A DNA stretch of 64,000 nt from Acidimicrobiales bacterium (GCA_035546775.1 DASZWD010000017.1:30564-94563), one strand, 5' to 3'. Shown: positions 17,652 through 27,135, counted from the stretch's first letter. Notes: a model not told the origin generated them from the sequence alone. Numbers and translations: made by a program.

Positions 17652-20600
17652 GTGACGGGGGGCCGGACTCTCACGGTGCTGGTGGCCGACATCGTCGAGT
17701 CCACCCGTCTCGCCACGAGTCTCGGTCCCGAGCGCGCCGACGACCTGCGCCGGTCGGTGTTCAGCCGCTTCGAGTTGGCGGCCGAGCAACACGACGGCAC
17801 CCTCGTCAAGACGCTGGGCGACGGTTGTCTCGTCACCTACACGAGCGCGTCGAACGGCATCACGGCCGGCGTCGAGCTGGTGCAGTCGATCGATCGCTTG
17901 GCGCGCCAAGTCCCCGGCCTTCAGCTTCGCGTCGGAATCGCCGTGGGTGACCTCACCGAGGAAGACGGCGACGTGTTCGGCGAGGCCGTCGTGCTCGCCC
18001 GCCGCGTGTGCGACGCCGCCTCCCCCGGCCAGGTGCTCGTCACCGACGTCGCCCGCACGCTCGCCGGCGCACGCGGCGCGATCACGTGGCAGCGCGTCGG
18101 CGACATCTTCCTGAAGGGCCTCGACGAACCGGTTCCGTGCAGCTCAGCGCGGCCGTCGACCGATCTCGGGGCCGCCGCCACGCTGCCGCGCGCGCTGCGG
18201 CGTCGGCACGGCGAGTTCTTCGTGGGACGAGCGGCGGTGCTCGAGTCGTTGGTGCGCACGTGGAAGGAAGCCGAAGGGGGCGACGGCCGGTTCGTGGTGG
18301 TTTCGGGCGAACCCGGCGTCGGCAAGACGCGGCTGGTGGCGGCGGCGGCGCGGCGCGCCGACGACGACGGAGCGCGCGTGCTGTTCGGCCGCTGCGAAGA
18401 AGACCTGGCGCTGCCCTACCAACCGTTCGTCGACGCCCTCCGGCCGGCGATCGAGGCTGCGCCCCGCGACGTCGTTGCCGCCCATATGGAAGCCCACGGC
18501 GGCGAGATCCGCCGCCTGTTTCCGAAGCTGCCCGGCCCGGCACCCGTGGACGCCGCCCTCGAACTCGAAGAGGCACGCGTCAACGCCGCGCTCGCGGACC
18601 TCGCGGCCCGCCTGGCGCGCGAGCAGCCGATCGTGCTCGTGATCGACGACGTCCACTGGGCCGCACCCGCGACGGTGCACGCGCTGCGCCATCTGCTCGC
18701 CGCCGACGATCCGGCGCCGCTTCTCGTGCTCGCCACCTACCGCGACACCGAAGTCGTCGCCAGCGACGCCACCGCCGCGCTGCTCGCCGACATCCCGCGG
18801 TTCGACCACGCCCACCGGATCGCCCTGTCCGGCCTCACGCAGGACGAGGTCGAGGAACTCATCGAAGAGCTCTCCGCCGAACCGCTGAGCAGCGCCAGCA
18901 CCCGTCTGGCGGCGGCCGTGTTCGCCCACACCGCCGGCAATGCGTTGTTCGTGAACCAGGTGTTGCGTCACCTCGCGGAGACCGGTTCGGTGGAGATGCG
19001 CGACGGGCGATGGGAACTCGCCGCCGAACTCACCGACATGCCGACGGCGGTCACCGACGTGGTCAACCGCCGCCTCGCCCTCCTCGCGCCGACCACCAAC
19101 CAAGTCCTCGCCATCGCCGCCGTGGCCGGAGAGCGCTTCACGCACGCGCTCATCAGCCGCGTCGCCGCCGGCGTCGACATCGACGCCGCGCTCGCCGAAG
19201 CACTCCGGGCGCGGCTGCTCATCGACGACGGGCGCGGCGGCTACCGCTTCTTCCACGCCATCGTCCGCGACGCCCTGCTGGCGTCGCAGAGTGCGGCCAC
19301 GCGCGCCGCCCATCACCGCGACATCGCCGCCGTCATGCGGACGATCTACGGCGACGGGCCGACCGCGCCGCTGCACGACCTCGCCTATCACGCCTGCGGC
19401 GCCGCCGGTCTCGGCACGACGGCCGACGCCGCCCGCTTCTCGCTGGCCGCCGCCGAAGCGTCGGTGCACCGCGCCGACGTCCGCGCCGCCATCGCCGTGC
19501 TCAACCGCTGCTGGCGCACCCTCGACGCCATCGATCCGGTCGACCACGTCGCCCGCTTCGACGTGTGCAACCGGCTTGCGGAACTGCACTACGCCATGCT
19601 CGACGGCGAGTACGACGCGCTCGAAGCCGCCGTCGAGTCGGCGCGGTTGCTTGGCTCGCCGGAGCGCCTCATCCGCGCATCGCTCTCGGCGTACCGCTGG
19701 GACCTCGGCACAGACGACGCCTTCGCCACCAAGCTGATCGAGGAGGGACTCGCCACGCTGCCCCCGGGGCCGTCGGCTCTGCGTGCCCTCGGCTTGGCCA
19801 GCGGCGCCAACTTCCTGAACGTACAGGCGACGGGTGATCCGCGCGCCTGGACGCGCCAGGCCTTCGAAATGATCGACGAACTCGGCGGCCCGACGACACT
19901 CGATCTGCGCCTCGCCTTCGAGTGCGCGGTTGCGGCGACGGCGGGGCATCCCGGCGTGCGAGCCGTCGTCGAGCGAATCGAAGCCAACGACGGGTCGCCG
20001 CTGTCGCCTCGCGGCGGATCGCTCCTCGCCGCGTACATGGGCACCAAAGCCGAGTCGTACCTCCGCGCCGGCAACCGCGATGCGAGCCTCGCCGTCATCC
20101 GCACGATGGAGGCGATCGCCAGCACCAGCGGCGACCCGAACGTCATGGGTTGGGCGCTGACGACCCAGGTCATCTGGGCCCTCGCCGAGGCGCGCTACGA
20201 CGACGCCGCCGCATTCGCACAGCGCGCCGTGAGCCGGATCGGCGTGCACGTGCCCAATATCGCGGCGGTCGTGGCCGTCGGCACGATGTGGCGCGCCTAC
20301 GAGGAGGGCAACTCCGCGATGGTCGTCGACGTCATCCGCATGATGGTGACTGCGACGCCTGAGTTCCACGGAATGCGCGCCGCCCTCGCCGTCCATCTGT
20401 GCGAACTCGGCGAGTTCGACGAGGCGCGCCAGCACGTGCAGTACATCGTCGACCTCCTTCCTACCCTGCCTCGCAACGTCGCCTTCGGGTGCGCGATCGG
20501 CCTCACCGCCGAGGCGGCGGCGCAGGCAGGTTGCGCCGAGTACGCACCCGCGCTCATCGCGGAACTCGAACCGTTCCGCGACGAGATCATCTCGTTGCCG

Positions 20601-20777
20601 GCCAACGTGATGCTCGGTGCGGCCACCCGCTACATCGGCGCCCTGCGCTCCCTGCTGGGCGAGCGCGACGCGGCCATCGCGGACCTCGAGGCTGCGATTG
20701 CGTTGGAAGCAGCGCTGGGCGCCGAAGCGTGGCTGGCTCGCAGCCGCCGCTGGCTCGAGCGCGTCAGTTCGAGCTGA
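17652..20777 (+). CDS. Class III cyclase domain + AAA/STAND ATPase + helical-repeat protein
   Basis: ADIVESTRL, VKTLGDG, GDVFGEAVVLARR (cyclase); GEPGVGKT (Walker A); VIDDVHWA (Walker B); GNALFV. Confidence 0.9.
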   Translation: MTGGRTLTVLVADIVESTRLATSLGPERADDLRRSVFSRFELAAEQHDGTLVKTLGDGCLVTYTSASNGITAGVELVQSIDRLARQVPGLQLRVGIAVGDLTEEDGDVFGEAVVLARRVCDAASPGQVLVTDVARTLAGARGAITWQRVGDIFLKGLDEPVPCSSARPSTDLGAAATLPRALRRRHGEFFVGRAAVLESLVRTWKEAEGGDGRFVVVSGEPGVGKTRLVAAAARRADDDGARVLFGRCEEDLALPYQPFVDALRPAIEAAPRDVVAAHMEAHGGEIRRLFPKLPGPAPVDAALELEEARVNAALADLAARLAREQPIVLVIDDVHWAAPATVHALRHLLAADDPAPLLVLATYRDTEVVASDATAALLADIPRFDHAHRIALSGLTQDEVEELIEELSAEPLSSASTRLAAAVFAHTAGNALFVNQVLRHLAETGSVEMRDGRWELAAELTDMPTAVTDVVNRRLALLAPTTNQVLAIAAVAGERFTHALISRVAAGVDIDAALAEALRARLLIDDGRGGYRFFHAIVRDALLASQSAATRAAHHRDIAAVMRTIYGDGPTAPLHDLAYHACGAAGLGTTADAARFSLAAAEASVHRADVRAAIAVLNRCWRTLDAIDPVDHVARFDVCNRLAELHYAMLDGEYDALEAAVESARLLGSPERLIRASLSAYRWDLGTDDAFATKLIEEGLATLPPGPSALRALGLASGANFLNVQATGDPRAWTRQAFEMIDELGGPTTLDLRLAFECAVAATAGHPGVRAVVERIEANDGSPLSPRGGSLLAAYMGTKAESYLRAGNRDASLAVIRTMEAIASTSGDPNVMGWALTTQVIWALAEARYDDAAAFAQRAVSRIGVHVPNIAAVVAVGTMWRAYEEGNSAMVVDVIRMMVTATPEFHGMRAALAVHLCELGEFDEARQHVQYIVDLLPTLPRNVAFGCAIGLTAEAAAQAGCAEYAPALIAELEPFRDEIISLPANVMLGAATRYIGALRSLLGERDAAIADLEAAIALEAALGAEAWLARSRRWLERVSSS

Positions 20778-22410
20778 AGCGCTCGACGAGCTGCGCCGTC
20801 AGGGCGCGGCGGTCGACCTTGCCGCTGTCGAGCCACGGCAGTTCGGTCTGCGACGCGAACACCGCGATGTGCTTGGGCACCTTGTACGACGCGATCTCGT
20901 TCTTCACGAACGCCTTCAACTCGTCCTCGGTGACCGACGCGCCCGGCGTGAGCGCGACGGCAGCGACGACCTTTTCCATGTTGTCCTCGACCGGCACGCC
21001 GCACACGAACGCCAGCGCCACGTCGTCGTGGAGTTCGAGCGCCAGCTCGACGTCGCGGGGCGTGATGTTCATGCCGTTCGCCTTGATGAGATCGCCGAGA
21101 CGGCCGGTGAAGTAGAAGTGGCCGTCGGCGTCGAAGTAGCCGCCGTCGCCGCTGCGGTACCAGCCGTCGGGCGTGAACACGTCGGCGCGCTCACGCTTGT
21201 GCAAGCCCTGCATCAGCGAGTAGCCGCGGATCCACAGCTCACCGCTCTCGCCCACCGCACATTCTTCACCGGTGAGCGGGTCGACGATCTTGTGCTCGAC
21301 CCCCGGCACGGTCGGCCCGAACGAACCCTCCTTGTCGGGCGGCAGCACGTTGTCGCGGTGATCGAAGGTGTGCGGGCCCAGCGTCTCGGTCATGCCGAGC
21401 GAGTTGGCCCGCGGCCGCATCGCTTCTGCCTGCTTGTCGGGCGGCAGCAGGTACGCGCCGGCGGCGGATGCCGTGCGCAGCGACGACACGTCGCGGGTCT
21501 GGAAGTCCGGATGATCCGCCAGTGCCTTGGCCATGTGCGGCCACCCGAGGACCTGCGTGATGCGCTCGCGCTCGATCAGGGCCAGGGTCTTGGGCGGATC
21601 GAATTGGTGCTCGAACACGAGCGTGGCGCCGGCGTGCAGCGCGGCGACCAGCGTGAAGCTCATGCCGCCGACCCAGAACAGCGGCATCGGCGTGTACAGC
21701 ACGTCGTCGGCGTTGATGTCGCGCATCTGCCACAGGTTGTGGGCGTGGCGCACGGCCGGGCCGTGGGTGTGGATCGCACCCTTCGGGTCGGCCGTCGAAC
21801 CCGACGAGTAGATGACGACCATCGGATCGGCGGGCGACACCTCGGACTCGACCGCGTCGAACACCGCCTCCGGCACGAGCGCGGCGCGGTTCTCCAGCTC
21901 GGACACCGGCGCGTTCCACGAGCGCTGCGGCATCGGACCCCACGTCCACACCGAGCGCAAGTAGGGCAGTTCCTCGATGAAGATCGACTCGTTCTCCTGG
22001 CCGACGATCGACGGCGCCACCTGCTCCATGCGCTCGAGGTAGTCGTGACCGAGGTGGCCGTCGACCATCAGCACCATCTGGGCGTCGCAGTGCCGCAGCG
22101 TGTAGCTCAGCTCCCGCGCCTTCGAGTACGTGTTGAGCAGCACGGCCACGCCGCCGATGCGCGTGATGGCCAACCAGCCGACGATCCAGTCCGGCCCGTT
22201 CGGCGCCAGCAGCGCCACCCGTGTGCCCTTGCCGGCGCCGCTCGCCAGCAGGCCCCGCGCCAGTGTGCGCGACGCCGCCTCGATGTCGTTGAACGAGAGG
22301 CGCAGGTCCTCGAGCACGACGAAGGTCTTGTCGCCGTACTTCTGCGCCGCATGCTTGATCAGTTCGCCGGAAGTCGGCGTGAACGACGGAAAAGACGGTT
22401 CGCGCTTCAT
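20764..22410 (-). CDS. Class I adenylate-forming enzyme (acyl-CoA ligase)
   Basis: YSSGSTADPKG, LGMTET, GWYRSGDGG, GRLGDLIK, YKVPK. Start ATG 22410 (MKREPSF). Confidence 0.92.
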   Translation of the reverse strand: MKREPSFPSFTPTSGELIKHAAQKYGDKTFVVLEDLRLSFNDIEAASRTLARGLLASGAGKGTRVALLAPNGPDWIVGWLAITRIGGVAVLLNTYSKARELSYTLRHCDAQMVLMVDGHLGHDYLERMEQVAPSIVGQENESIFIEELPYLRSVWTWGPMPQRSWNAPVSELENRAALVPEAVFDAVESEVSPADPMVVIYSSGSTADPKGAIHTHGPAVRHAHNLWQMRDINADDVLYTPMPLFWVGGMSFTLVAALHAGATLVFEHQFDPPKTLALIERERITQVLGWPHMAKALADHPDFQTRDVSSLRTASAAGAYLLPPDKQAEAMRPRANSLGMTETLGPHTFDHRDNVLPPDKEGSFGPTVPGVEHKIVDPLTGEECAVGESGELWIRGYSLMQGLHKRERADVFTPDGWYRSGDGGYFDADGHFYFTGRLGDLIKANGMNITPRDVELALELHDDVALAFVCGVPVEDNMEKVVAAVALTPGASVTEDELKAFVKNEIASYKVPKHIAVFASQTELPWLDSGKVDRRALTAQLVERFSSN

Positions 22411-22426
22411 TGACACGAACGTTAGA
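22411..22426. promoter_or_regulatory. Putative operator TGAC-N6-GTTAGA (copy 2)
   Basis: TGACacgaacGTTAGA directly abuts the ligase start codon. Confidence 0.75.
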
Positions 22427-22487
22427 TCGACGGAGTCCCGCGTCGAGACTCGTCCACACCCTGTGGACAAGTCGCCGCATCGCGGAC

Positions 22488-22534
22488 TTCTGGTGTAACC
22501 ACGGAAGGGTCTTTCTGCCACGGCGACACCAGAA
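22488..22534. repeat. Degenerate 47-nt REP-like palindrome (copy C)
   Basis: TTCTGGTGT...ACACCAGAA; same termini and 47-nt length as copies A and B but a different interior. Confidence 0.55.
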
Positions 22535-22550
22535 GCAGCGGAGCGCCCGG

Positions 22551-24080
22551 TTAGACGATGCGGGAGGTCTTGTCGCCCCAGTAGCGGTCGCGCAGGATGC
22601 GCTTGTAGAGCTTGCCCGTCTCCTGGCGCGGCAGTTCCTCGATGAAGTCGATGGTGCGCGGGCACTTGTAGGCGGCGAGCTTGGAGCGACAGAACGCCAG
22701 TAACTCCTGCTCGAGTTCGGGCGAGCCGAGCGAGCCGTCGAGCAACTGGACGACACCCTTCACCTCTTCGCCCATTTCCTCGTTGGGCACGCCGAACACC
22801 GCGGCGTCGGCGACGGCGGGATGCATCACCAGAACGTTCTCCGCTTCCTGCGGATAGATGTTCACGCCGCCGCTGACGATGGTGAACGACACGCGATCGG
22901 TCAGGTACAGGTAGCCCTCGTCATCCACGTAGCCGACGTCGCCGAGGTTGTACCACCCCTCCTTGGACCGCGAGTTCGCCGTCTTCTCGGGATCGCCGTG
23001 GTACTCGAAGCGGGCGTGCGGCGTGTCGAACCAGACGCGACCGATCTCACCCGTCGGCAGTTCGTTGCCCTCGTCGTCGCAGATATGCACCGTGCACATG
23101 CGCGGCTGGCCGACCGAGCCCGGATGCGCCAGCCACTCCTCCGACGTGATGAGCGTCGAGCCCACGTTCTCCGAACCGGCGTAGTACTCCCACAGGATCG
23201 GCCCCCACCAGTCGATCATCTGGCGCTTCACGTCGACGGGGCACGGCGCCGCGGCGTGGATTGCCACCTCGAGCGACGACACGTCGTACTTGGCGCGCAC
23301 GTCGTCGGGCAGCTTGAGCATGCGCACGAACATCGTCGGCACGAACTGTGCCTTGTTGACCCGGTAGTGCTCGATGAAACGCAGGCAGTCCTCCGGGTCC
23401 CACCGCTCCATGACGATCACCGTGGCGCCGTAGCGATGGCAGTTCGCACAGAACACGACAGGCGCGGTGTGGTACAGCGGCGCCGGCGACAGGTAAATCG
23501 TGTCCTCGGCGGGCGTCATCGGCGACTTGTAGGCGGCGAGCGGTGACTCGTCGGAGATCTTGGCGTCGCGCAGGGGGAACAGGATGCCCTTGGGCACGCC
23601 CGTCGTGCCCGACGAATAGAACATGCCGGCGCCTTCGGGTTCCTCGTCGAGGTTGGTCTCCGGGTACTCCGCGGTCGCGTCTTCGTACGACTCCCACCCG
23701 TCGGCGACGCCGCCGACCATCAACGGGATCTCGACGTCGATAATGGTCGCGGCGGCGTTACGCAGGGCGTAGGACGTCACCACGCTGCGCGCCCCGCAGT
23801 CCCGCACGATGTAGTCGACCTCGGGCGCCGTGAGGTGCCAGTTGATCGGCGTGTAGTACAGACCGCTGCGCAGCGCCGCCCATACCGCGTCGAAGTACTC
23901 GACCTGGTTGTGCAGCAGGATGGCGACGTGGTCGCCGCGGCGCAGGCCGCGGTCGAACCACAGTTGCGCGAGGCGGTTCGACCGCTCGTTCAACTCGCGA
24001 TACGTGATCGTCTCGCCCGTGCCGGCCATGACGACCGCCGGATGGTCAGGACGGGTGTGTGCGAATCCCCCCGGATACAT
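22551..24080 (-). CDS. Acyl-CoA synthetase
   Basis: YSSGTTGVPKG, SPAPLYH, EYYAGSE, YNLGDVG, SGGVNIYPQE, YKCPR. Confidence 0.94.
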   Translation of the reverse strand: MYPGGFAHTRPDHPAVVMAGTGETITYRELNERSNRLAQLWFDRGLRRGDHVAILLHNQVEYFDAVWAALRSGLYYTPINWHLTAPEVDYIVRDCGARSVVTSYALRNAAATIIDVEIPLMVGGVADGWESYEDATAEYPETNLDEEPEGAGMFYSSGTTGVPKGILFPLRDAKISDESPLAAYKSPMTPAEDTIYLSPAPLYHTAPVVFCANCHRYGATVIVMERWDPEDCLRFIEHYRVNKAQFVPTMFVRMLKLPDDVRAKYDVSSLEVAIHAAAPCPVDVKRQMIDWWGPILWEYYAGSENVGSTLITSEEWLAHPGSVGQPRMCTVHICDDEGNELPTGEIGRVWFDTPHARFEYHGDPEKTANSRSKEGWYNLGDVGYVDDEGYLYLTDRVSFTIVSGGVNIYPQEAENVLVMHPAVADAAVFGVPNEEMGEEVKGVVQLLDGSLGSPELEQELLAFCRSKLAAYKCPRTIDFIEELPRQETGKLYKRILRDRYWGDKTSRIV

Positions 24081-24103
24081 AGGGGGGAGCGTAAGCGAGC
24101 GAA

Positions 24104-25294
24104 CTACGCGACGTTCATGAGACGGGCGAGGTTGCCACCCATCACTTTGGCCTGCTCTTCCTTCGACAGATCGGGCAGCGCGTCGACAAAGCTCAACGGA
24201 TCGGCCAGACCCTCAGGGTGCGGGTAGTCGGAGCCGAACAGCACATTGTCGACACCGACCAGACGCACGAGGCCCTGCGGGTCGTCCTCGTGGAACGGGT
24301 GCACGAAGATGTTGCGCTTGAACACCTCGACGGGGTGCTCCTCGAAGAGGTGCGGGTTCATCTTGTACGCGCTCTCCATGTCTTCGAGCAGCGGCCGCAC
24401 CCACGACGAACCGTTCTCGACGGGCGCGATCTTGAGCTTCGGGAAGCGCGTCGCGAGACCGTGGCCGACCACGCTTGCCATCGCGTCGACGATGGCACGG
24501 TGGTGGCTGCCGTTGATCGCGGCGAATGCGCCGCCGCCGGCGAACGGCGTCATCTCGTTGCGCACGCCCTCCCAGTCGTTGGCGTAGCGCTGGTAGCCGC
24601 TGTCGGACGCGTGCATGCCCACGACGATGCCGCTGTCCTCGACGAGCTTCCAGAACGGGTCGAACTCCGGTAGCGCGAACGAGCGCGGGCCGCGGAAGCC
24701 GGGCACCGGCGCCGGGCGGATGAGGATGATCTTGGCCCCGTTGTCGAGCAGGAACTCGAGCTCGGCGACGGCTTTGTCGACGATCGGCAGCGTGACCACC
24801 GGCGTCGGGAAGATGCGGCCGTCGTAGTTGAACGTCCACTGCTCGAGCATCCACTGGTTCAGCGCGTGGATGACGGCGTGGATGGCGTCGGGATCGTCAC
24901 GCAGGCGCTCTTCGACCAGCGACGCCAGCGTCGGCCACATGATCGCCCGGTCGAGGCCGAGTTCGTCCATCAGCTCGATACGGGCCCCGGGCTCCCGGAA
25001 GGCCGGGATGCAGTCCATCGCCTGGCCCATGATCTCGCGCCGCGACTTGCCCTCCGGGTTGCCGATGCGGAAGTACTCCTCCTGGGCACCCGGACGCGCC
25101 ACGCGATCGAACGTCGGGTTGGGGATGTACTCCGAGATCTGGTTGCGCACCGCGATCTTGGTCCGCCCGTTGACCTCGACGTACTTGATGAGGCCGTCGT
25201 ATTCGGGCGGCAGGAACTTCGTCAGCGCGTCGCGGTCTTCGTACATGTGGTTGTCCACGTCGAAGACCGGAAAATCGAGCTTGCGAGACGGCAT
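24104..25294 (-). CDS. Amidohydrolase family 2 protein
   Basis: FDVDNHMYE, GMHASD, LFGSDYPHPEG; SD AGGAG. Confidence 0.9.
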   Translation of the reverse strand: MPSRKLDFPVFDVDNHMYEDRDALTKFLPPEYDGLIKYVEVNGRTKIAVRNQISEYIPNPTFDRVARPGAQEEYFRIGNPEGKSRREIMGQAMDCIPAFREPGARIELMDELGLDRAIMWPTLASLVEERLRDDPDAIHAVIHALNQWMLEQWTFNYDGRIFPTPVVTLPIVDKAVAELEFLLDNGAKIILIRPAPVPGFRGPRSFALPEFDPFWKLVEDSGIVVGMHASDSGYQRYANDWEGVRNEMTPFAGGGAFAAINGSHHRAIVDAMASVVGHGLATRFPKLKIAPVENGSSWVRPLLEDMESAYKMNPHLFEEHPVEVFKRNIFVHPFHEDDPQGLVRLVGVDNVLFGSDYPHPEGLADPLSFVDALPDLSKEEQAKVMGGNLARLMNVA

Positions 25295-25314
25295 GTGAGG
25301 TTCTCCTACGAACG

Positions 25315-25330
25315 TGACACGACTGTTAGA
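25315..25330. promoter_or_regulatory. Putative operator TGAC-N6-GTTAGA (copy 3)
   Basis: TGACacgactGTTAGA, 20 nt upstream of the amidohydrolase start. Confidence 0.75.
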
Positions 25331-25355
25331 TCAGGATATCGCGAGCGATTGCCCC

Positions 25356-25383
25356 TTGACACGGTTAGCTTTGCAATACAAAG
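25356..25383 (+). promoter_or_regulatory. Promoter with a TTGACA -35 and a CTTTG-N5-CAAAG inverted repeat
   Basis: TTGACA at 25356-25361; CTTTGcaataCAAAG at 25369-25383, upstream of an operon ending in a winged-helix regulator. Confidence 0.6.
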
Positions 25384-25391
25384 TTCATTAC

Positions 25392-25961
25392 ATGACAGAG
25401 AACCCTGCGGTTCCAACCGACGAGGCGCAATCGTTGCTGAACGTCGTGCGCGATGCGCAGGCGTCCACCAGCGCCCGCCTGCGCGCCCTGATGCCCGAGT
25501 TCCTGCTGCTGGCGGCGGCCACGTGCTTCGGCCTCGGGGTCGAGCGACCGGAGCATCCCGTCCACATCCTCTGGTTCTGCTTCCTCGGTGCGACGGCGTT
25601 GCTGGCCGCCCGCCACGATGTGATTCGGCGCCGCAACTTGGGCGGGGCGTTGCCGAAGCCGTCCGTGTGGGCGATCAGCGGCATGGTGCTCGTCGCCGAT
25701 GTCACCGCCGCGCTCGCACTCCATGGCGACGCCCGCGACGCGGTGATCGGCATCGGCTTCGCCGGGGGCGCCGTCGCATTCGCCGCGATCCACCGCAACG
25801 TCGTGCTCCTGGTCCCGGCGCTGCTGATCGCTGTTCTCTTGCCCTTGCCATCGGGCCCGCTCAACACCGCGTTCAGCTTCGCCGCCGGGATGGGATCGGC
25901 ACTTGTCGTCGGCGCCGTGGGGCGCAAACGCTCGCGGGCCAAGAAGGGAATCCGGTCATGA
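25392..25961 (+). CDS. Hypothetical membrane protein
   Basis: MTENPAVP...; about six hydrophobic segments. The start is set after the AT-rich promoter. Confidence 0.75.
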   Translation: MTENPAVPTDEAQSLLNVVRDAQASTSARLRALMPEFLLLAAATCFGLGVERPEHPVHILWFCFLGATALLAARHDVIRRRNLGGALPKPSVWAISGMVLVADVTAALALHGDARDAVIGIGFAGGAVAFAAIHRNVVLLVPALLIAVLLPLPSGPLNTAFSFAAGMGSALVVGAVGRKRSRAKKGIRS

Positions 25962-26083
25962 TCAACGGACAGTTCATCCGCCAGGCATCCGCCTATCGCT
26001 CCGCTGCCGGCTCATCCAAGACGACCGTGCGTCACCAGAGCCGCACCCGCAAGCTCGTGCGCAAAGTGTTCCCGCAGCGATGA
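25958..26083 (+). CDS. Putative 41-aa basic small protein
   Basis: MINGQFIRQASAYRSAAGSSKTTVRHQSRTRKLVRKVFPQR; ATGA overlaps at both ends. Confidence 0.35.
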   Translation: MINGQFIRQASAYRSAAGSSKTTVRHQSRTRKLVRKVFPQR

Positions 26084-26126
26084 CCGGCACCGGGCGCGAC
26101 GCCGCCAGCGTGCGCCGCCAGCCAGC

Positions 26127-26438
26127 ATGAGCGACGCGGAAGAACACCCTTCGCTCGGGCTCGACGACGTCGTCCACCAGCGGGTCCGGCTTGGCATCCT
26201 CGCGGTACTGGCCGAAGCGCCGCGCGCCGACTTCGGCGAGTTGCGCTCGATCCTGAAGCTGACCGACGGGAACCTCTCCCGACACCTCACGGTGTTGGAA
26301 GACGCGGGCTATGTCAGCCAGGAAAAGACGTTCGAAGGCAAGCGCCCCAAGACGTGGGTGGCGATAACCAAGACGGGGCGCAAGGCGTTCGACGACGAAG
26401 TGGCCGCGTTGCGCGCCCTGCTCGACGGCATTAGCTGA
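26127..26438 (+). CDS. Winged-helix (MarR/ArsR-like) transcriptional regulator
   Basis: LDDVVHQRVRLGIL, DFGELR..LKLTDGNLSRHL..LEDAGYV, TKTGRKAF. Confidence 0.9.
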   Translation: MSDAEEHPSLGLDDVVHQRVRLGILAVLAEAPRADFGELRSILKLTDGNLSRHLTVLEDAGYVSQEKTFEGKRPKTWVAITKTGRKAFDDEVAALRALLDGIS

Positions 26439-26709
26439 CGAGCAGGCCGACCACCATCGACCCGAGCACGACGGCGCCGAGCATGCGGCGGAACGGGTTC
26501 ACTCCCCAGCCGACCTCCATAACGGCCCAGACCGCGAGTCCGACGGCGCCGATCACGTGCACGACGGTGCCGGCGCCGCCGCGGGCAAAGCGACCGAGCA
26601 CGGCCGCGACGATCCAGACCCACAGCGGGACGTTCGGCCACTGCCATACGACGAGGTGCCCGTCGTGCGTCGTGCGGTCCTCGAACAGCCAACGCAGTGC
26701 TCGTCGCAT
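26431..26709 (-). CDS. Small hypothetical membrane protein
   Basis: WQWPNVPLWVW, WAVMEVGWGVNPFRR.LG. TACGGT -10-like box 6 nt before the ATG. Confidence 0.75.
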   Translation of the reverse strand: MRRALRWLFEDRTTHDGHLVVWQWPNVPLWVWIVAAVLGRFARGGAGTVVHVIGAVGLAVWAVMEVGWGVNPFRRMLGAVVLGSMVVGLLVS

Positions 26710-26731
26710 CGCCGCACCGTAGAGTCCGCGC

Positions 26732-27100
26732 ATGGCCACTGACCCGATCGACGTCGTCACTCGTTTCTGTCAGGCGTGGGAGTCCGTCGACGTCGACGCT
26801 CTCATGGCGTTCTTCACCGACGACGCGGTGTACCACAACATTCCGATCGCGCCCGTCGCCGGCAAGGACGCCATCCGCACCACGATCGAAGGCTTCACCG
26901 GAGGCGTCGACCGCATCGAGTTCGACGTCCGCGCCATCGCGGCGAACGGCAACACCGTGCTGACCGAACGCGTCGACCGCTTCATCCGTCCGGACAAGAC
27001 GATGGCGCTGCCGGTCATGGGCACGTTCGAAATCGTCGACGGCAAGATTGCCGCGTGGCGCGACTACTTCGACCTCCAGCAGTTCATGTCGCAGCTGTAG
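26732..27100 (+). CDS. Limonene-1,2-epoxide hydrolase family (SnoaL/NTF2-like)
   Basis: VYHNIP, VLTERVDRF, LPVMGTFE, IAAWRDYFD. Confidence 0.9.
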   Translation: MATDPIDVVTRFCQAWESVDVDALMAFFTDDAVYHNIPIAPVAGKDAIRTTIEGFTGGVDRIEFDVRAIAANGNTVLTERVDRFIRPDKTMALPVMGTFEIVDGKIAAWRDYFDLQQFMSQL

Positions 27101-27119
27101 ACGCCGCCCGGCGCCAACC

Positions 27120-27135
27120 TGACACGAGTGTTAGA
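27120..27135. promoter_or_regulatory. Putative operator TGAC-N6-GTTAGA (copy 4), overlapping a CTGACA -35
   Basis: TGACacgagtGTTAGA; TAGCCT -10-like box at 27143-27148; GTG at 27158. Confidence 0.75.

Noticed and set aside
17652-20777. Calling the STAND protein an Avs antiphage system
   Set aside because: There is no nuclease, protease, TIR or SIR2 effector and no defence-island neighbours. The architecture fits the common actinobacterial cyclase-STAND class.
25357-25369. TGACacgGTTAGC near-match to the regulon operator
   Set aside because: The spacer is 3 nt instead of 6, and the TGAC is part of a TTGACA -35 box.
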